Of a DNA stretch of 64,000 nucleotides, positions 19,366 to 28,790 are shown one piece after another. Position numbers and translations under genes: made by a program. This DNA is from an uncultured Candidatus Saccharibacteria bacterium (GTDB lineage: Bacteria; Patescibacteriota; Minisyncoccia; Phycocordibacterales; UBA9973), in the NCBI GenBank assembly GCA_964404925.1, contig CAYOLW010000001.1, forward strand, positions 105,408 to 169,407, read 5' to 3'. The notes below the pieces were generated by a model. It was not told where the DNA came from. It ran no database searches and worked only from the letters and a program-made list of their open reading frames with translations. How positions within the stretch are numbered: the stretch's first letter is position 1; the number at the start of each line of letters is the position of its first letter.

Positions 19366-20616
19366 TTGAACAGTAACCACGTAGTTGATTTCTTGCAATT
19401 TACAAGAGAAGACGGAACTAAATCAGGAATTATTGGGGTTGGTAAATCCGATTTTAACCCAATTGAAAATTTGGTCGTTGGTGAAGTTACCATATTTCCT
19501 TTTAATTTTTCGTCAGCCAGAGTATTCCAAGGACCAATTCAAGTAGATGTTTCAGAAGACGGGTTTATTGTTGAAAAACTTGCAGACGGTGCAGTGGGGG
19601 ACATGTTTGTAAATGCTGACCTGTATAATTTCACTGCTACAGTTTTATCAAACCAGTCTAATTTCACAAATTGGTCGGTGGAATGCAAACCAGTAAATAT
19701 CTGTTTAGATTATCAGTCCGTTCAGTATGCCGTTGCCTGTCCTGGCGAAGACCTTTTTCTCGTGTCCAAATGTTACGATCAAGATTATAAAACCACATGG
19801 TTAAATCCGTACGGTGATACCATTATCTGTGACAAAGACACGCTTAGAGTCAATAACCCAGTTCCGGTAGGTTTGTATCAATGGATAACCCCATGCAATA
19901 AGGGGTATGTATTGGTCTACCATCCAGACTCAATCCGTATAGAGGCGAAACAAGTTTTTTGTTCGTCAAAACAAAAACTTTTTCTGCCTACGGGGCTAAA
20001 AGGCGATTGGTCTAGCAGCGCTAAAAACGTTAATTACATTTATGTTAGTCAGCCTGGATGGTATTTTGTCACAGTTTCCGATTGCCTTATTGATTCTATT
20101 TTTGCGGAACCACAGTATAAGGCTATTGATCTCGAATTAAACTTTGCGCCGAACGTTGACACTTTATTGTTCAATAAAGAACTAGATATCTCTGTCGATG
20201 CAATTAGTAATGTAAATATTATGTGGTACAAAGATGGCAGTCCCGTTGGAGGCTATCTCAGAAGACCAGGCCTGTACACTATTATTGGTACATTGGATGA
20301 ATGCCGAGAGTATGACACTCTTCTCATGATCCCGCATTTGTTTTCTGAATGCGATTGGGATGTCTATAAACCTAATGTTTTTTCCCCAAATGATGACGGG
20401 GACAATGATCTGTTTCAGGTATTTGGACCCGACGGATCAGTTTCAGAAATATGGGTTTATAACAGGTGGGGAGGGTTAATATACTCTGGCCATGCTTGGG
20501 ACGGTACTTGTGGTGGTAAAGAGCTTCAACCCGATGTATATACATTTCGTGCTCATGTTGTTTGGAAATTCGAAGAGTGTAATAAAATCTACGGAGACGT
20601 TACCCTGATTAGGTGA
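19366..20616 (+). CDS. Cys-rich protein with a C-terminal T9SS type-B sorting / gliding-motility C-terminal domain (CHU_C-like). The N-terminus is undefined: no in-frame ATG or GTG and no signal peptide were found.
   Basis: The C-terminal ~80 aa read YKPNVFSPNDDGDNDLFQVFGPDGSV.EIWVYNRWGGLIYSGHAWDGTCGGKELQPDVYTF...GDVTLIR, which matches the PN.F.PN.DG.ND.F...I.NRWG.L...WDG...GK.L....Y consensus. The open frame extends upstream to 19168 without a canonical start. Confidence 0.6.
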   Translation: MNSNHVVDFLQFTREDGTKSGIIGVGKSDFNPIENLVVGEVTIFPFNFSSARVFQGPIQVDVSEDGFIVEKLADGAVGDMFVNADLYNFTATVLSNQSNFTNWSVECKPVNICLDYQSVQYAVACPGEDLFLVSKCYDQDYKTTWLNPYGDTIICDKDTLRVNNPVPVGLYQWITPCNKGYVLVYHPDSIRIEAKQVFCSSKQKLFLPTGLKGDWSSSAKNVNYIYVSQPGWYFVTVSDCLIDSIFAEPQYKAIDLELNFAPNVDTLLFNKELDISVDAISNVNIMWYKDGSPVGGYLRRPGLYTIIGTLDECREYDTLLMIPHLFSECDWDVYKPNVFSPNDDGDNDLFQVFGPDGSVSEIWVYNRWGGLIYSGHAWDGTCGGKELQPDVYTFRAHVVWKFEECNKIYGDVTLIR

Positions 20617-20647
20617 CAAAAAAAGAAAAAATGGAACCAATAACTTA

Positions 20648-20694
20648 GGCCCGGTACGCGCAGATCAATCATTGCGTATCGGGCCTTTAAATTT
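20648..20694 (+). terminator. Long hairpin terminator (ggcccggtacgc...gcgtatcgggcc + T-rich tail)
   Basis: An inverted repeat plus tttaaatttt downstream of the 19366-20616 gene. Confidence 0.5.
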
Positions 20695-21510
20695 TCCCAT
20701 ATGTCCGATAGGAAAGCGGGGTTATGTCCTTTATGTGTTTTATTTATTCTTGGCAAATATCAATGTTCGGGAAAGATTCGGAAAAAGCTTTTTTTAAAGC
20801 CTCTTTATGACTCATACTTCGAGAATTGTGTATTGCCTTGTCTTTAAAAGAATCTAAGGCTTCCATAAAGGTATCATCTTCTAGGGTTGGTGGCATTAAC
20901 TTTTTTTCAAATTTTTGTTCATTCATAGATTAATTATATACCTATAAAAAATTTTTGCGACATTACAAAAAAACTATAAGTTCTTGTTTTTCCGCTCAAA
21001 TGTACTATAGTGAGCGAAATAATTCATTGAAATAAAATAACATATCTCATCTCATGGACAATAAAAGCGCTCAGTACTGGCTTCCGGTGATCCTGCTAGA
21101 TCTAAGGAAGCCCGAGAACATGGACAAGGGGAGAGAATTTTTCTCCGAATATGCCAAAAAATACGTTCTTCCGATTAGTGTTCAGTACGCTACTCTAAAA
21201 CATAGAAATATGTTGAAAGAACGATTTTTTGTGACACTTGGCCCAATTCGGCATATTTTCGAACGCACAGTCACCTCAATGCTTTTTTCTTTTCACGTAA
21301 GTGAGTGGGAAAAAGTCTCATCTTAAATTTTTAGTGTATGCTCAATTCTAAAAAGAAAAAAAGGCGCATCTGGCTTATACAGTTATTGGTATGGGCAGGC
21401 AGGATTGCAAATCCCAAAAAACGTAAAAAAACACAGCAAAACATCATTCAAAAAATCCATCCACCAAAAACAGACTAAAATGCTTATTTCATAAAAACAT
21501 TTTTCACCAT

Positions 21511-21546
21511 AAACCCCCGGACTTAAAACTCCGGGGTGTATTTTTT
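21511..21546 (+). terminator. Intrinsic terminator (aaacccccggacttaaaactccggggtgtatttttt)
   Basis: A GC stem plus a T-run upstream of the tuf promoter. Confidence 0.65.
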
Positions 21547-21558
21547 AGGGTAGTGTGT

Positions 21559-21586
21559 TTGACATTAAAAATTTATCTGCTAATAT
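21559..21586 (+). promoter_or_regulatory. Strong sigma70-like promoter for tuf (TTGACA -16- TAATAT with an extended -10 TGCTAATAT)
   Basis: The sequence is TTGACATTAAAAATTTATCTGCTAATATGAG. The ATCTGCTAATAT motif recurs upstream of rpsS and ndk. Confidence 0.65.
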
Positions 21587-21730
21587 GAGTGGCAACTGCA
21601 CTTTCGCAGTTTTTTCGTTGCTAATTTATAAATTATTAATAATTCTTTAGTAATCGAGCCTTAGTAAATTCTCGTATACCAAGTCTCAGTTATTAAAACC
21701 ACCCGACGCCAGAGGCGCGGGAAAAATCAT

Positions 21731-22924
21731 ATGGCAGAAGAATTTAAAAGAGATAAGCCACACGTAAACGTAGGTACCATCGGTCACGTTGACCATGGAA
21801 AGACCACTTTAACTGCGGCTATTTTGAATTGTCTTAATTTGGCAGGTAACACTGTTCGAATGAAGAGTGTTGACCAAATCGACGGTGCTCCAGAAGAAAA
21901 AGCTCGTGGTATCACCATTAACATTTCCCACAACGAGTACGAAACAGCTGCTCGCCACTATGCTCACATTGATGCTCCTGGTCACGCTGACTACATCAAG
22001 AACATGATCACCGGTGCTGCTCAGATGGACGGTGCTATCCTTGTGGTGGCTGCTACTGACGGTGCTATGCCTCAGACTCGTGAACACGTTCTTTTGGCAA
22101 AACAAGTTGGTGTGCCAAAAATCATTGTTTTCCTTAACAAATGTGACATGGTTGACGACAAAGACATGATCGACCTTGTTGAAGAAGAAATCCGTGAACT
22201 CCTTACAAAACAAGGCTTTGATGGTGCAGCTTGCCCGGTTATCCGTGGTTCTGCTCTTAAGGGTCTTGAAGCTTCAGACGCTTCAGATGAATGGGCAAAG
22301 AAGATTCTTGAACTTACAAATGCTCTTGATACTTACATCCCAGTTCCAGAACGCGATACTGCAAAGCCATTCTTGATGCCTGTAGAAGACATCTTCTCAA
22401 TCGAAGGCCGCGGTACAGTTGTTACTGGTAAAATCGAAAGAGGTATCGTAAAGGTTGGTGAAGAAATCGAAATCGTGGGTGTTAAAGCAACTGCGAAGAC
22501 CACTGTTACTGGTATTGAAATGTTCAACAAGAACCTTCAAGAAGGTATGGCTGGAGACAACGCTGGTATATTGCTACGAGGTCTTAAGAAAGACGACATC
22601 ACTCGAGGACAGGTTCTTGCAAAGCCAGGTACTGTTACTCCTCATGATAGCTTTACTGCTGAAGTTTACGTTCTAAAGAAGGAAGAGGGAGGTCGTCACA
22701 CACCATTCTTCAAGGGTTACAAGCCTCAATTCTACATCCGAACCACTGACGTAACTGGAGAAGTTGTACTAGAAGAAGGCACAGAAATGGTTATGCCAGG
22801 AGATACAGTTAAGATAACTGTAACATTGGTTACTCCAGTTGCCCTAGAAGAACAACAGAGATTTGCTATCCGAGAAGGAGGTAAGACTGTAGGTGCTGGT
22901 GTTGTAACAAAGATATTGAAATAA
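21731..22924 (+). CDS. tuf: Translation elongation factor Tu
   Basis: [26 protein letters not shown] and full-length EF-Tu across 397 aa. Confidence 0.97.
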   Translation: MAEEFKRDKPHVNVGTIGHVDHGKTTLTAAILNCLNLAGNTVRMKSVDQIDGAPEEKARGITINISHNEYETAARHYAHIDAPGHADYIKNMITGAAQMDGAILVVAATDGAMPQTREHVLLAKQVGVPKIIVFLNKCDMVDDKDMIDLVEEEIRELLTKQGFDGAACPVIRGSALKGLEASDASDEWAKKILELTNALDTYIPVPERDTAKPFLMPVEDIFSIEGRGTVVTGKIERGIVKVGEEIEIVGVKATAKTTVTGIEMFNKNLQEGMAGDNAGILLRGLKKDDITRGQVLAKPGTVTPHDSFTAEVYVLKKEEGGRHTPFFKGYKPQFYIRTTDVTGEVVLEEGTEMVMPGDTVKITVTLVTPVALEEQQRFAIREGGKTVGAGVVTKILK

Positions 22925-22942
22925 TTATTTTAGATTAAATTC

Positions 22943-23305
22943 ATGGCGAAAGAAGCGACAAATAAAAAGTCCAAGACTGAACCAAAGAAAAAGGACGATC
23001 GTGTGGTGCTACGTATACGAGTGCGAGCTTATGAGAGTAAAATTCTCGACGCATCAGTCAAGCAGATCATTGATACTGCTATTCGTCACGACGCTACTGT
23101 CTTGGGCCCAGTTCCACTACCAACTGAAATTAAGAAATACACTGTGAACCGCGCTTCTTTTGTCTACAAGAACGCTCGTGAACAGTTCGAAATACGAGTC
23201 CACAAAAGACTTATTGACATAGTTAATCCAAATCCAAAAACTGTTGAAGCGCTAACCAATCTTTCTCTCCCTTCAGGAGTTGATATTGATGTAAAGATGC
23301 TCTAG
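22943..23305 (+). CDS. rpsJ: 30S ribosomal protein S10 with a short basic N-terminal extension
   Basis: The [23 protein letters not shown]... core matches S10. Confidence 0.93.
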   Translation: MAKEATNKKSKTEPKKKDDRVVLRIRVRAYESKILDASVKQIIDTAIRHDATVLGPVPLPTEIKKYTVNRASFVYKNAREQFEIRVHKRLIDIVNPNPKTVEALTNLSLPSGVDIDVKML

Positions 23306-23324
23306 TTTGGAGAATTAGAAAATC

Positions 23325-23933
23325 ATGAAATTCATTCTGGGAACAAAAGAAGAAATGACCGAATACTTTACCGAAGATGGTAAGGTAGTTCCGGTAACGG
23401 TTGTCGTAACTGGTCCGCACATCGTGACTCAGGTCAAGACAAAGGCAAAGGACGGCTACGACGCTGTGCAGGTTGGTTTCGGTACTCGAAATGCTAAAAA
23501 AATTTCCAAGGCTGTAAAAGGTCACCTTAAAGATTTAGGTAGTTTCCGATATTTGCGTGAATTTACAGCAAATAGCGAACACAAAGTTGGAGACACTTTA
23601 AATCCTAGTGAAGTTTTTGCTGCAGGGGAGAAGGTAACAATATCTGGTACCTCAAAAGGTAAAGGATTCCAAGGTGTTGTAAAACGTCATGGTTTTAAAG
23701 GAGGACCTCGAACTCACGGACAGAAACACTCTGAACGAGAACCAGGATCTATTGGTGGCGGTCTCCGTACACACGTACCAAAAGGTATGCGTATGGCTGG
23801 TCGCATGGGTAGTGATCGAATCACAGAAAAGAACAAAGAAATTGTAGCAATTGATACTGAACAAAATGTTATCTTAATTAAGGGTGCGCTACCAGGTCGC
23901 CGCGGAACCCTGCTTGAAATCTGCGCAAAATAA
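23325..23933 (+). CDS. rplC: 50S ribosomal protein L3
   Basis: GTKEEMTEYFTEDGKVVPVTVV and GKGFQGVVKRHGF are L3 motifs. Confidence 0.95.
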   Translation: MKFILGTKEEMTEYFTEDGKVVPVTVVVTGPHIVTQVKTKAKDGYDAVQVGFGTRNAKKISKAVKGHLKDLGSFRYLREFTANSEHKVGDTLNPSEVFAAGEKVTISGTSKGKGFQGVVKRHGFKGGPRTHGQKHSEREPGSIGGGLRTHVPKGMRMAGRMGSDRITEKNKEIVAIDTEQNVILIKGALPGRRGTLLEICAK

Positions 23934-23934
23934 A

Positions 23935-24597
23935 ATGGAAGCAAAAATCTACAATCAAAAAGGTGAAGTGGCTGGTAGTATTAAATTACCTGAAAGAGTT
24001 TTCGCTGCAAAGTGGCGCTCTGACTTAGTACACCAGGTAGTCGAAGGCATGCGTTCAAACAAGCGTGCTGGAACAGCTGACACTAAAGACCGAGGTGAGG
24101 TTTCTGGTGGTGGTAAAAAGCCTTGGAAACAAAAAGGAACTGGACGAGCACGACATGGATCTACTAGAAGTCCAATCTGGGTTGGTGGTGGTGTGGCACA
24201 CGGTCCTTTGTCTGACAAAAACTACAAGAAAAAGATATCTAAGAAAATGCGTGCACAAGCTTTGTTCTCAGTACTTTCTCGCAAGTTCAAAGAAGGTGAA
24301 ATACTATTCGTTGATAAACTTGCAGGAGCTAAAATCAAAACTAAGGATGCTATCATTGTGACTGAAAAACTAGGCAAGGCATCAGGTTGGAACGACTTAG
24401 CTAAGGCTAAGAAGGCAAAGGCACTTATGGCCTTAGATGGACGCAACGAAATTGCTGAGAAGAGTTACCGCAATATCCCTGCATTTGATATAGTCTTCCT
24501 GAAGAATTTGAACCCACTTGAAGTTTTGAATCATAAATATTTAATAATCGAAAATCCAGAAGAATCAATTAAATTCTTGGATACTCGAGGAATATAA
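23935..24597 (+). CDS. rplD: 50S ribosomal protein L4
   Basis: The start is the ATG at 23935 (MEAKIYNQKGE...). The KPWKQKGTGRAR motif is present. Confidence 0.93.
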   Translation: MEAKIYNQKGEVAGSIKLPERVFAAKWRSDLVHQVVEGMRSNKRAGTADTKDRGEVSGGGKKPWKQKGTGRARHGSTRSPIWVGGGVAHGPLSDKNYKKKISKKMRAQALFSVLSRKFKEGEILFVDKLAGAKIKTKDAIIVTEKLGKASGWNDLAKAKKAKALMALDGRNEIAEKSYRNIPAFDIVFLKNLNPLEVLNHKYLIIENPEESIKFLDTRGI

Positions 24598-24602
24598 AAA
24601 TT

Positions 24603-24920
24603 ATGGCTAAAGAAAAGAAAACAAAAGAAAAAAAAGAAGCAAAGAAAGAGCTATCAAAGCCAATCATTTCTCCTCGAGTTACTGAAAAAGCTTCAATGTT
24701 AGCAGAAGGTAATATATATACTTTTAATGTTGAAAAGGGTGCTACTAAAAATGAAGTGGCTAAAGCAATTTTTGCTTCATTTAAAGTAAAGCCAGTCCGA
24801 GTAAATATATTAGCTATTGAAAAGAAAACTGTTCGTTTCCGAGGTAGACCAGGAGTTCGTGGAGGAGGTCGCAAAGCTCTGGTTTATTTGAAAAAAGGAG
24901 ATAAAATCGAATTTGTATAA
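24603..24920 (+). CDS. rplW: 50S ribosomal protein L23
   Basis: Assigned by operon position and an L23-like core (...IISPRVTEKASMLAEGNIYTFNV...). Confidence 0.9.
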   Translation: MAKEKKTKEKKEAKKELSKPIISPRVTEKASMLAEGNIYTFNVEKGATKNEVAKAIFASFKVKPVRVNILAIEKKTVRFRGRPGVRGGGRKALVYLKKGDKIEFV

Positions 24921-24929
24921 TACAAGACC

Positions 24930-25778
24930 ATGAAGAAATATAAACCAACAAGTAAATCTCGTCGAAACATGACTACCGTGACATATCGCGGAGTCATCAC
25001 TACATCAACCCCAGAAAAGTCCCTTACCTATGGTAGGAAGCGATCTGTCGGACGTAACAGCTTTGGCCGTATTACTACACGCCACAAGGGTTCTGGACAC
25101 AAGAAACTATATCGTGCTGTAGACTTTTTATACGACAAGAAAAACATTCCAGCTAAAATAAAAAGTGTTGAGTATGATCCAAACCGAACTGCTTTTATCG
25201 GATTAGCTGTTTACCAAGATGGAGAAAAGAGGTATGCAATAGTACCAAAATCAGTTAAACCAGGTGATACATTTATCGTTTCTGAGAAAGCTGATTTGAA
25301 TCCTGGAAATCGAATGATGTTGAAAAACATCCCAGTTGGTACATTTGTATACAACATCGAACTTAAACCGAATGGTGGTGCCAAAATAGCCCGATCTGCT
25401 GGTATTGCAGCTCAGGTGGTAGCTAATGCTGACGGTTACACTAATTTAAAAATGCCTTCTACCGAAGTTCGTAAGGTAAGTGAAAACTGCTACGCATCTA
25501 TCGGTAATGTATCAAACGAAGAACATCACCTTGAGAACCTTGGTAAAGCTGGACGCAGTCGCTGGAAAGGTATCCGCCCAACAGTTCGTGGTACTGCCAT
25601 GAACCCAGTTGACCACCCATATGGTGGTGGTGAAGGACGACAAGGCCGAGGTACCAAGCGACCGAAGACTCTATGGGGTAAAGTAACTGGTGGACGCAAG
25701 ACCAGAACTCCAAAGAAATACTCAAATGTATTTATCGTATCTCGAAGAAAGGTTGGGAAAGGAAAAAAATCAAAATAA
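24930..25778 (+). CDS. rplB: 50S ribosomal protein L2
   Basis: GRNSFGRITTRHKGSGHK and GTAMNPVDHPYGGGEGR are L2 motifs. Confidence 0.96.
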   Translation: MKKYKPTSKSRRNMTTVTYRGVITTSTPEKSLTYGRKRSVGRNSFGRITTRHKGSGHKKLYRAVDFLYDKKNIPAKIKSVEYDPNRTAFIGLAVYQDGEKRYAIVPKSVKPGDTFIVSEKADLNPGNRMMLKNIPVGTFVYNIELKPNGGAKIARSAGIAAQVVANADGYTNLKMPSTEVRKVSENCYASIGNVSNEEHHLENLGKAGRSRWKGIRPTVRGTAMNPVDHPYGGGEGRQGRGTKRPKTLWGKVTGGRKTRTPKKYSNVFIVSRRKVGKGKKSK

Positions 25779-25785
25779 ATAACAA

Positions 25786-25814
25786 TAAAAAATCCCCGAA
25801 AGGGGATTTTTTAT
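25786..25814 (+). terminator. Intrinsic terminator inside the ribosomal cluster, between rplB and rpsS (aaaaaatccccgaaaggggatttttt)
   Basis: A perfect hairpin plus a T-run. Confidence 0.7.
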
Positions 25815-25823
25815 TGTTATCAT

Positions 25824-25852
25824 TTGACATTGATAAAAAATCTGCTAGTATA
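25824..25852 (+). promoter_or_regulatory. Sigma70-like promoter for rpsS-rplV-... (TTGACA -17- TAGTAT; TTGACATTGATAAAAAATCTGCTAGTAT)
   Basis: It shares the TTGACATT...ATCTGCTA(A/G)TAT architecture with the tuf promoter. Confidence 0.55.
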
Positions 25853-25923
25853 GGCAAAAGCTCGGTTAGAGCTTTTTGTTTATCAGTTTTTCTATTACAA
25901 AGGCTGATAACATTAAATAATTT

Positions 25924-26280
25924 ATGACAAGATCAGTTAAAAAAGGACCATACGTAGACGAGAGAGTACTCAAGAAAGTACTAGGCAAAAGCCCGCTTCA
26001 AACCCCACCAATTAAGACTTGGATTCGAGCATGTGTTATATCTCCAGAAATGGTAGGTTTCACTTTTGCTGTTTATAACGGCAAGAATTTTATTGAGGTA
26101 CTAGTAAACGAAGACATGATTGGACACAGACTAGGTGAATTCTCTCCAACCAAGAAGTTTATTAAGCACGGAGGTAAAATGCAGAAAGAATTAGAAGCCA
26201 AGAAGAAAGAGACTGAAATAGCTCAGGCTAAGGCTGCAACTGCGGCTACCACCGGAGCAGCTGGTGCCAAAAAGAAATAA
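25924..26280 (+). CDS. rpsS: 30S ribosomal protein S19 with an Ala/Lys-rich C-terminal extension
   Basis: [12 protein letters not shown]... and NGK.FI.V.V.E.M.GH.LGEF match S19. Confidence 0.93.
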   Translation: MTRSVKKGPYVDERVLKKVLGKSPLQTPPIKTWIRACVISPEMVGFTFAVYNGKNFIEVLVNEDMIGHRLGEFSPTKKFIKHGGKMQKELEAKKKETEIAQAKAATAATTGAAGAKKK

Positions 26281-26308
26281 TCTCAGAGTTTACCAATAAT
26301 TAACAATC

Positions 26309-26716
26309 ATGAAAGCATTTTTAAAAAATTACAGACAATCACCACGTAAAGTACGCTTAGTTGCAACACTAGTAAAAGGCAAGCCTGTTGCTGATGCTTT
26401 GATTTCTTTGCAAATGCTTACTAAAAGAGCAAGTACTCCTTTGCACAAATTACTACTATCTGCTGTAGCTAACGCTAAGTCACAAGGCCTTGATGTAGAA
26501 AATCTATTCATTAAAGAATTTTCAGTTGACAAAGGAATAGTTATGAAACGCATGATGCCGAGAGCTATGGGCCGTGGTGCTAGAATCAACAAAAGAACTA
26601 GCCACGTTACCGTTGTGTTAGGGGAGCGTGCCGTAAAAACAAAAAAAGTAAAAGCAGAAAAAGCCCCAAAGTCGAAAGTTGTAACCAAAAAGCCAAAAGC
26701 AAAAGCTAATAAATAA
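26309..26716 (+). CDS. rplV: 50S ribosomal protein L22 with a Lys-rich C-terminal tail
   Basis: Assigned by operon position and an L22-like core (...QSPRKVRLVA..VKGK.V..AL..L). Confidence 0.92.
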   Translation: MKAFLKNYRQSPRKVRLVATLVKGKPVADALISLQMLTKRASTPLHKLLLSAVANAKSQGLDVENLFIKEFSVDKGIVMKRMMPRAMGRGARINKRTSHVTVVLGERAVKTKKVKAEKAPKSKVVTKKPKAKANK

Positions 26717-26717
26717 T

Positions 26718-27383
26718 ATGTCTAAAATCGTTCATCCTTATGCACACAGATTGGTAATCCTAAGAGACTGGAAAAGTCGCTGGTTTGCTGACCCAAAGAA
26801 ATACCCAACCTATTTAAAGGCTGATGTATTACTACGAGAATGGCTAGAAAAGAAACTACGAGGTTTGTACGTATCTTCTATCGAAATCGAACGAAATCGT
26901 AAGATGACACGTTATATCCTAAAGACTTCACGACCAGGTCTTCTAATCGGAAGATCAGGTGAGGGCGCAACTAAACTCAAAGAAGAAATTGTAAAAAAGA
27001 TGGCAAAGCTTGGACTACCTAAGATTGAAGATTTTAAGCTTGAAGTAGTAGAAGTAACCAACCCTGAATCTGATGCATCTATCGTTGCTTATATGATTGC
27101 TGAAGGTTTAGAAAAAAGAATTACCTACCGACGTGTTATGAAACAAACTGTAGAGAAGGTGATGGCTGCTCCAGGAGTACAAGGAGTACGTATAGTTCTA
27201 TCAGGACGTCTAGGTGGTGCTGAAATTGCTCGAACCGAAGAATTGAAGCGTGGTTCTATCCCTCTTCAGACTTTCCGTGCAGATATCGATTTCAAGCGTG
27301 AAAGAGCAACCCTTTCCTACGGTACCATTGGTATCAAGGTTTGGATTTATCGAGGTAAAATCTTTGCTAAAAAAGAAGCATAA
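26718..27383 (+). CDS. rpsC: 30S ribosomal protein S3
   Basis: It has a KH domain and the GRLGGAEIARTE motif. Confidence 0.95.
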   Translation: MSKIVHPYAHRLVILRDWKSRWFADPKKYPTYLKADVLLREWLEKKLRGLYVSSIEIERNRKMTRYILKTSRPGLLIGRSGEGATKLKEEIVKKMAKLGLPKIEDFKLEVVEVTNPESDASIVAYMIAEGLEKRITYRRVMKQTVEKVMAAPGVQGVRIVLSGRLGGAEIARTEELKRGSIPLQTFRADIDFKRERATLSYGTIGIKVWIYRGKIFAKKEA

Positions 27384-27392
27384 TAAAATCCC

Positions 27393-27818
27393 ATGTTAAT
27401 ACCTAAAAAAGTAAAATTCAGAAAGTGGCAGTCTGGCAGGTCCAAGAACAAGCTAACGACTCCAGAGACCCGAGGAACTAAAATTTCTTTTGGATCTTTT
27501 GGATTGAAAGCTGAATCTGGTGCTCGTGTTAAATCTAATCAGATTGAGTCTGCACGTAAGGCTATGTCTCGACAGTTAACTAAAACTGGTAAGTATTGGA
27601 TTCGCATTTTCCCTGATCGACCTTATACTCAGAAAGCTGCACAGGTAGGTATGGGTAAGGGTAAAGGTGATCCACAAGGATATGTTTTTGAAGTACAACC
27701 TGGACGCGTTATTTTTGAAGTAGATGGCGTAGACGAATCAGTTGCTCGCGAAGCATTGCGCAAAGCAGGCAGCAAGTTACCAGTTAAGACTCGAGTTGTT
27801 GCTCGCGCTAATAAATAA
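27393..27818 (+). CDS. rplP: 50S ribosomal protein L16
   Basis: MLIPKKVKFRK... and ARKAMSR.L are L16 motifs. Confidence 0.95.
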   Translation: MLIPKKVKFRKWQSGRSKNKLTTPETRGTKISFGSFGLKAESGARVKSNQIESARKAMSRQLTKTGKYWIRIFPDRPYTQKAAQVGMGKGKGDPQGYVFEVQPGRVIFEVDGVDESVAREALRKAGSKLPVKTRVVARANK

Positions 27819-27823
27819 TTTAT

Positions 27824-28084
27824 ATGCCAAAGAAGAAAGTTGAAAAAAAAGAAGTTAGTGTAAAGGGTACTCTAGAAGGAACTGTGTTTTCTGCTAAAAT
27901 GCAGAAAACAATCGTTGTAGAAGTATCCAGATTCGTGAAGCATCCAAAATACGGAAAGTACTACAAAATCAGCAAGAAATATAAGGTGCACGATGAAAAT
28001 AATAAATTCAAGGTTGGTGACAAAGTTTCCATTGTTCCAACTCGCCCGATTTCAAAAGATAAAAAGTTTAAAGTTTTAGATTAA
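27824..28084 (+). CDS. rpsQ: 30S ribosomal protein S17. It directly follows rplP with no rpmC (L29) gene in between.
   Basis: GTVFSAKMQKTIVVEV.R...HPKYGK is an S17 motif. The rplP-rpsQ gap is only 5 nt. Confidence 0.92.
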   Translation: MPKKKVEKKEVSVKGTLEGTVFSAKMQKTIVVEVSRFVKHPKYGKYYKISKKYKVHDENNKFKVGDKVSIVPTRPISKDKKFKVLD

Positions 28085-28088
28085 TAAC

Positions 28089-28460
28089 ATGATACAACAC
28101 GGAACATTAGTAAAAATAGCAGATAACTCAGGTGGAACATTGGCCCAGGTTTTCAAGGTCCTTGGTTCTTCCAAGAAGCGTTATGCATCAATCGGTGAGA
28201 AGGTTATTATTGCTGTAAAAGTTGCAACTCCTCGCAAGGCAGTAAAGAAGAAGGATGTGCATCAAGCTGTGGTAGTAAGGACTCGTCAGGCATATCGCCG
28301 ACGCGATGGTTCATATATTCGTTTTGATGACAATGCGGTGGTAATACTCGAAAAAGGTAAACTTGACCCTAAGGCAGGACGTGTATTCGGACCAATGCCT
28401 CGAGAACTTTCTGAAATGGGTTACCAGAAAATTATTTCTCTAGCTCCAGAAGTTATTTAA
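28089..28460 (+). CDS. rplN: 50S ribosomal protein L14
   Basis: MIQHGTLVKIADNSGG and AVVVRT are L14 motifs. Confidence 0.96.
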   Translation: MIQHGTLVKIADNSGGTLAQVFKVLGSSKKRYASIGEKVIIAVKVATPRKAVKKKDVHQAVVVRTRQAYRRRDGSYIRFDDNAVVILEKGKLDPKAGRVFGPMPRELSEMGYQKIISLAPEVI

Positions 28461-28475
28461 TTTCAATTCAAAATC

Positions 28476-28781
28476 ATGAAACTAAAAAAAGGAGACAATG
28501 TAATAGTGATAGCTGGTCGCGATAATGGCAAAAAGGGAACAATCGCACGAGTTTTATCCAAAGAAAATAAAGTTGTAATCGAAGGTATCAACTTGGTCAA
28601 GAAGCATCAGAAACCACGAAAAGGAGGTGAGAAGGGCAGTACTATTACTATAGCTATGCCTATCAATGCTTCTAATGTAATGGCACTTGATCCAAAAGGA
28701 GGAAAACGTACACGAGTAGGTTATAAGACTGTTGGCGATAAAAAGGTTCGAATCGCCCGAAAAAGCGGACAGGAAATTTAA
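28476..28781 (+). CDS. rplX: 50S ribosomal protein L24
   Basis: MKLKKGDNVIVIAGRDNGKKGTI contains a KOW motif. Confidence 0.95.
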   Translation: MKLKKGDNVIVIAGRDNGKKGTIARVLSKENKVVIEGINLVKKHQKPRKGGEKGSTITIAMPINASNVMALDPKGGKRTRVGYKTVGDKKVRIARKSGQEI

Positions 28782-28790
28782 GCTAAAAAT

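Noticed and set aside
19224-19493. An 89-aa minus-strand ORF upstream of, and overlapping, the T9SS-CTD gene.
   Set aside because: It overlaps the likely N-terminal coding region of the 19168/19366-20616 frame and has no motifs. It is most likely spurious.
27393-28084. L29 might be hidden as a fusion to L16 or S17, or encoded in an overlapping frame.
   Set aside because: L16 (141 aa) and S17 (86 aa) have normal lengths with no extra domain. The 5-nt gap and the other frames contain no ~65-aa ORF with the L29 helical signature.
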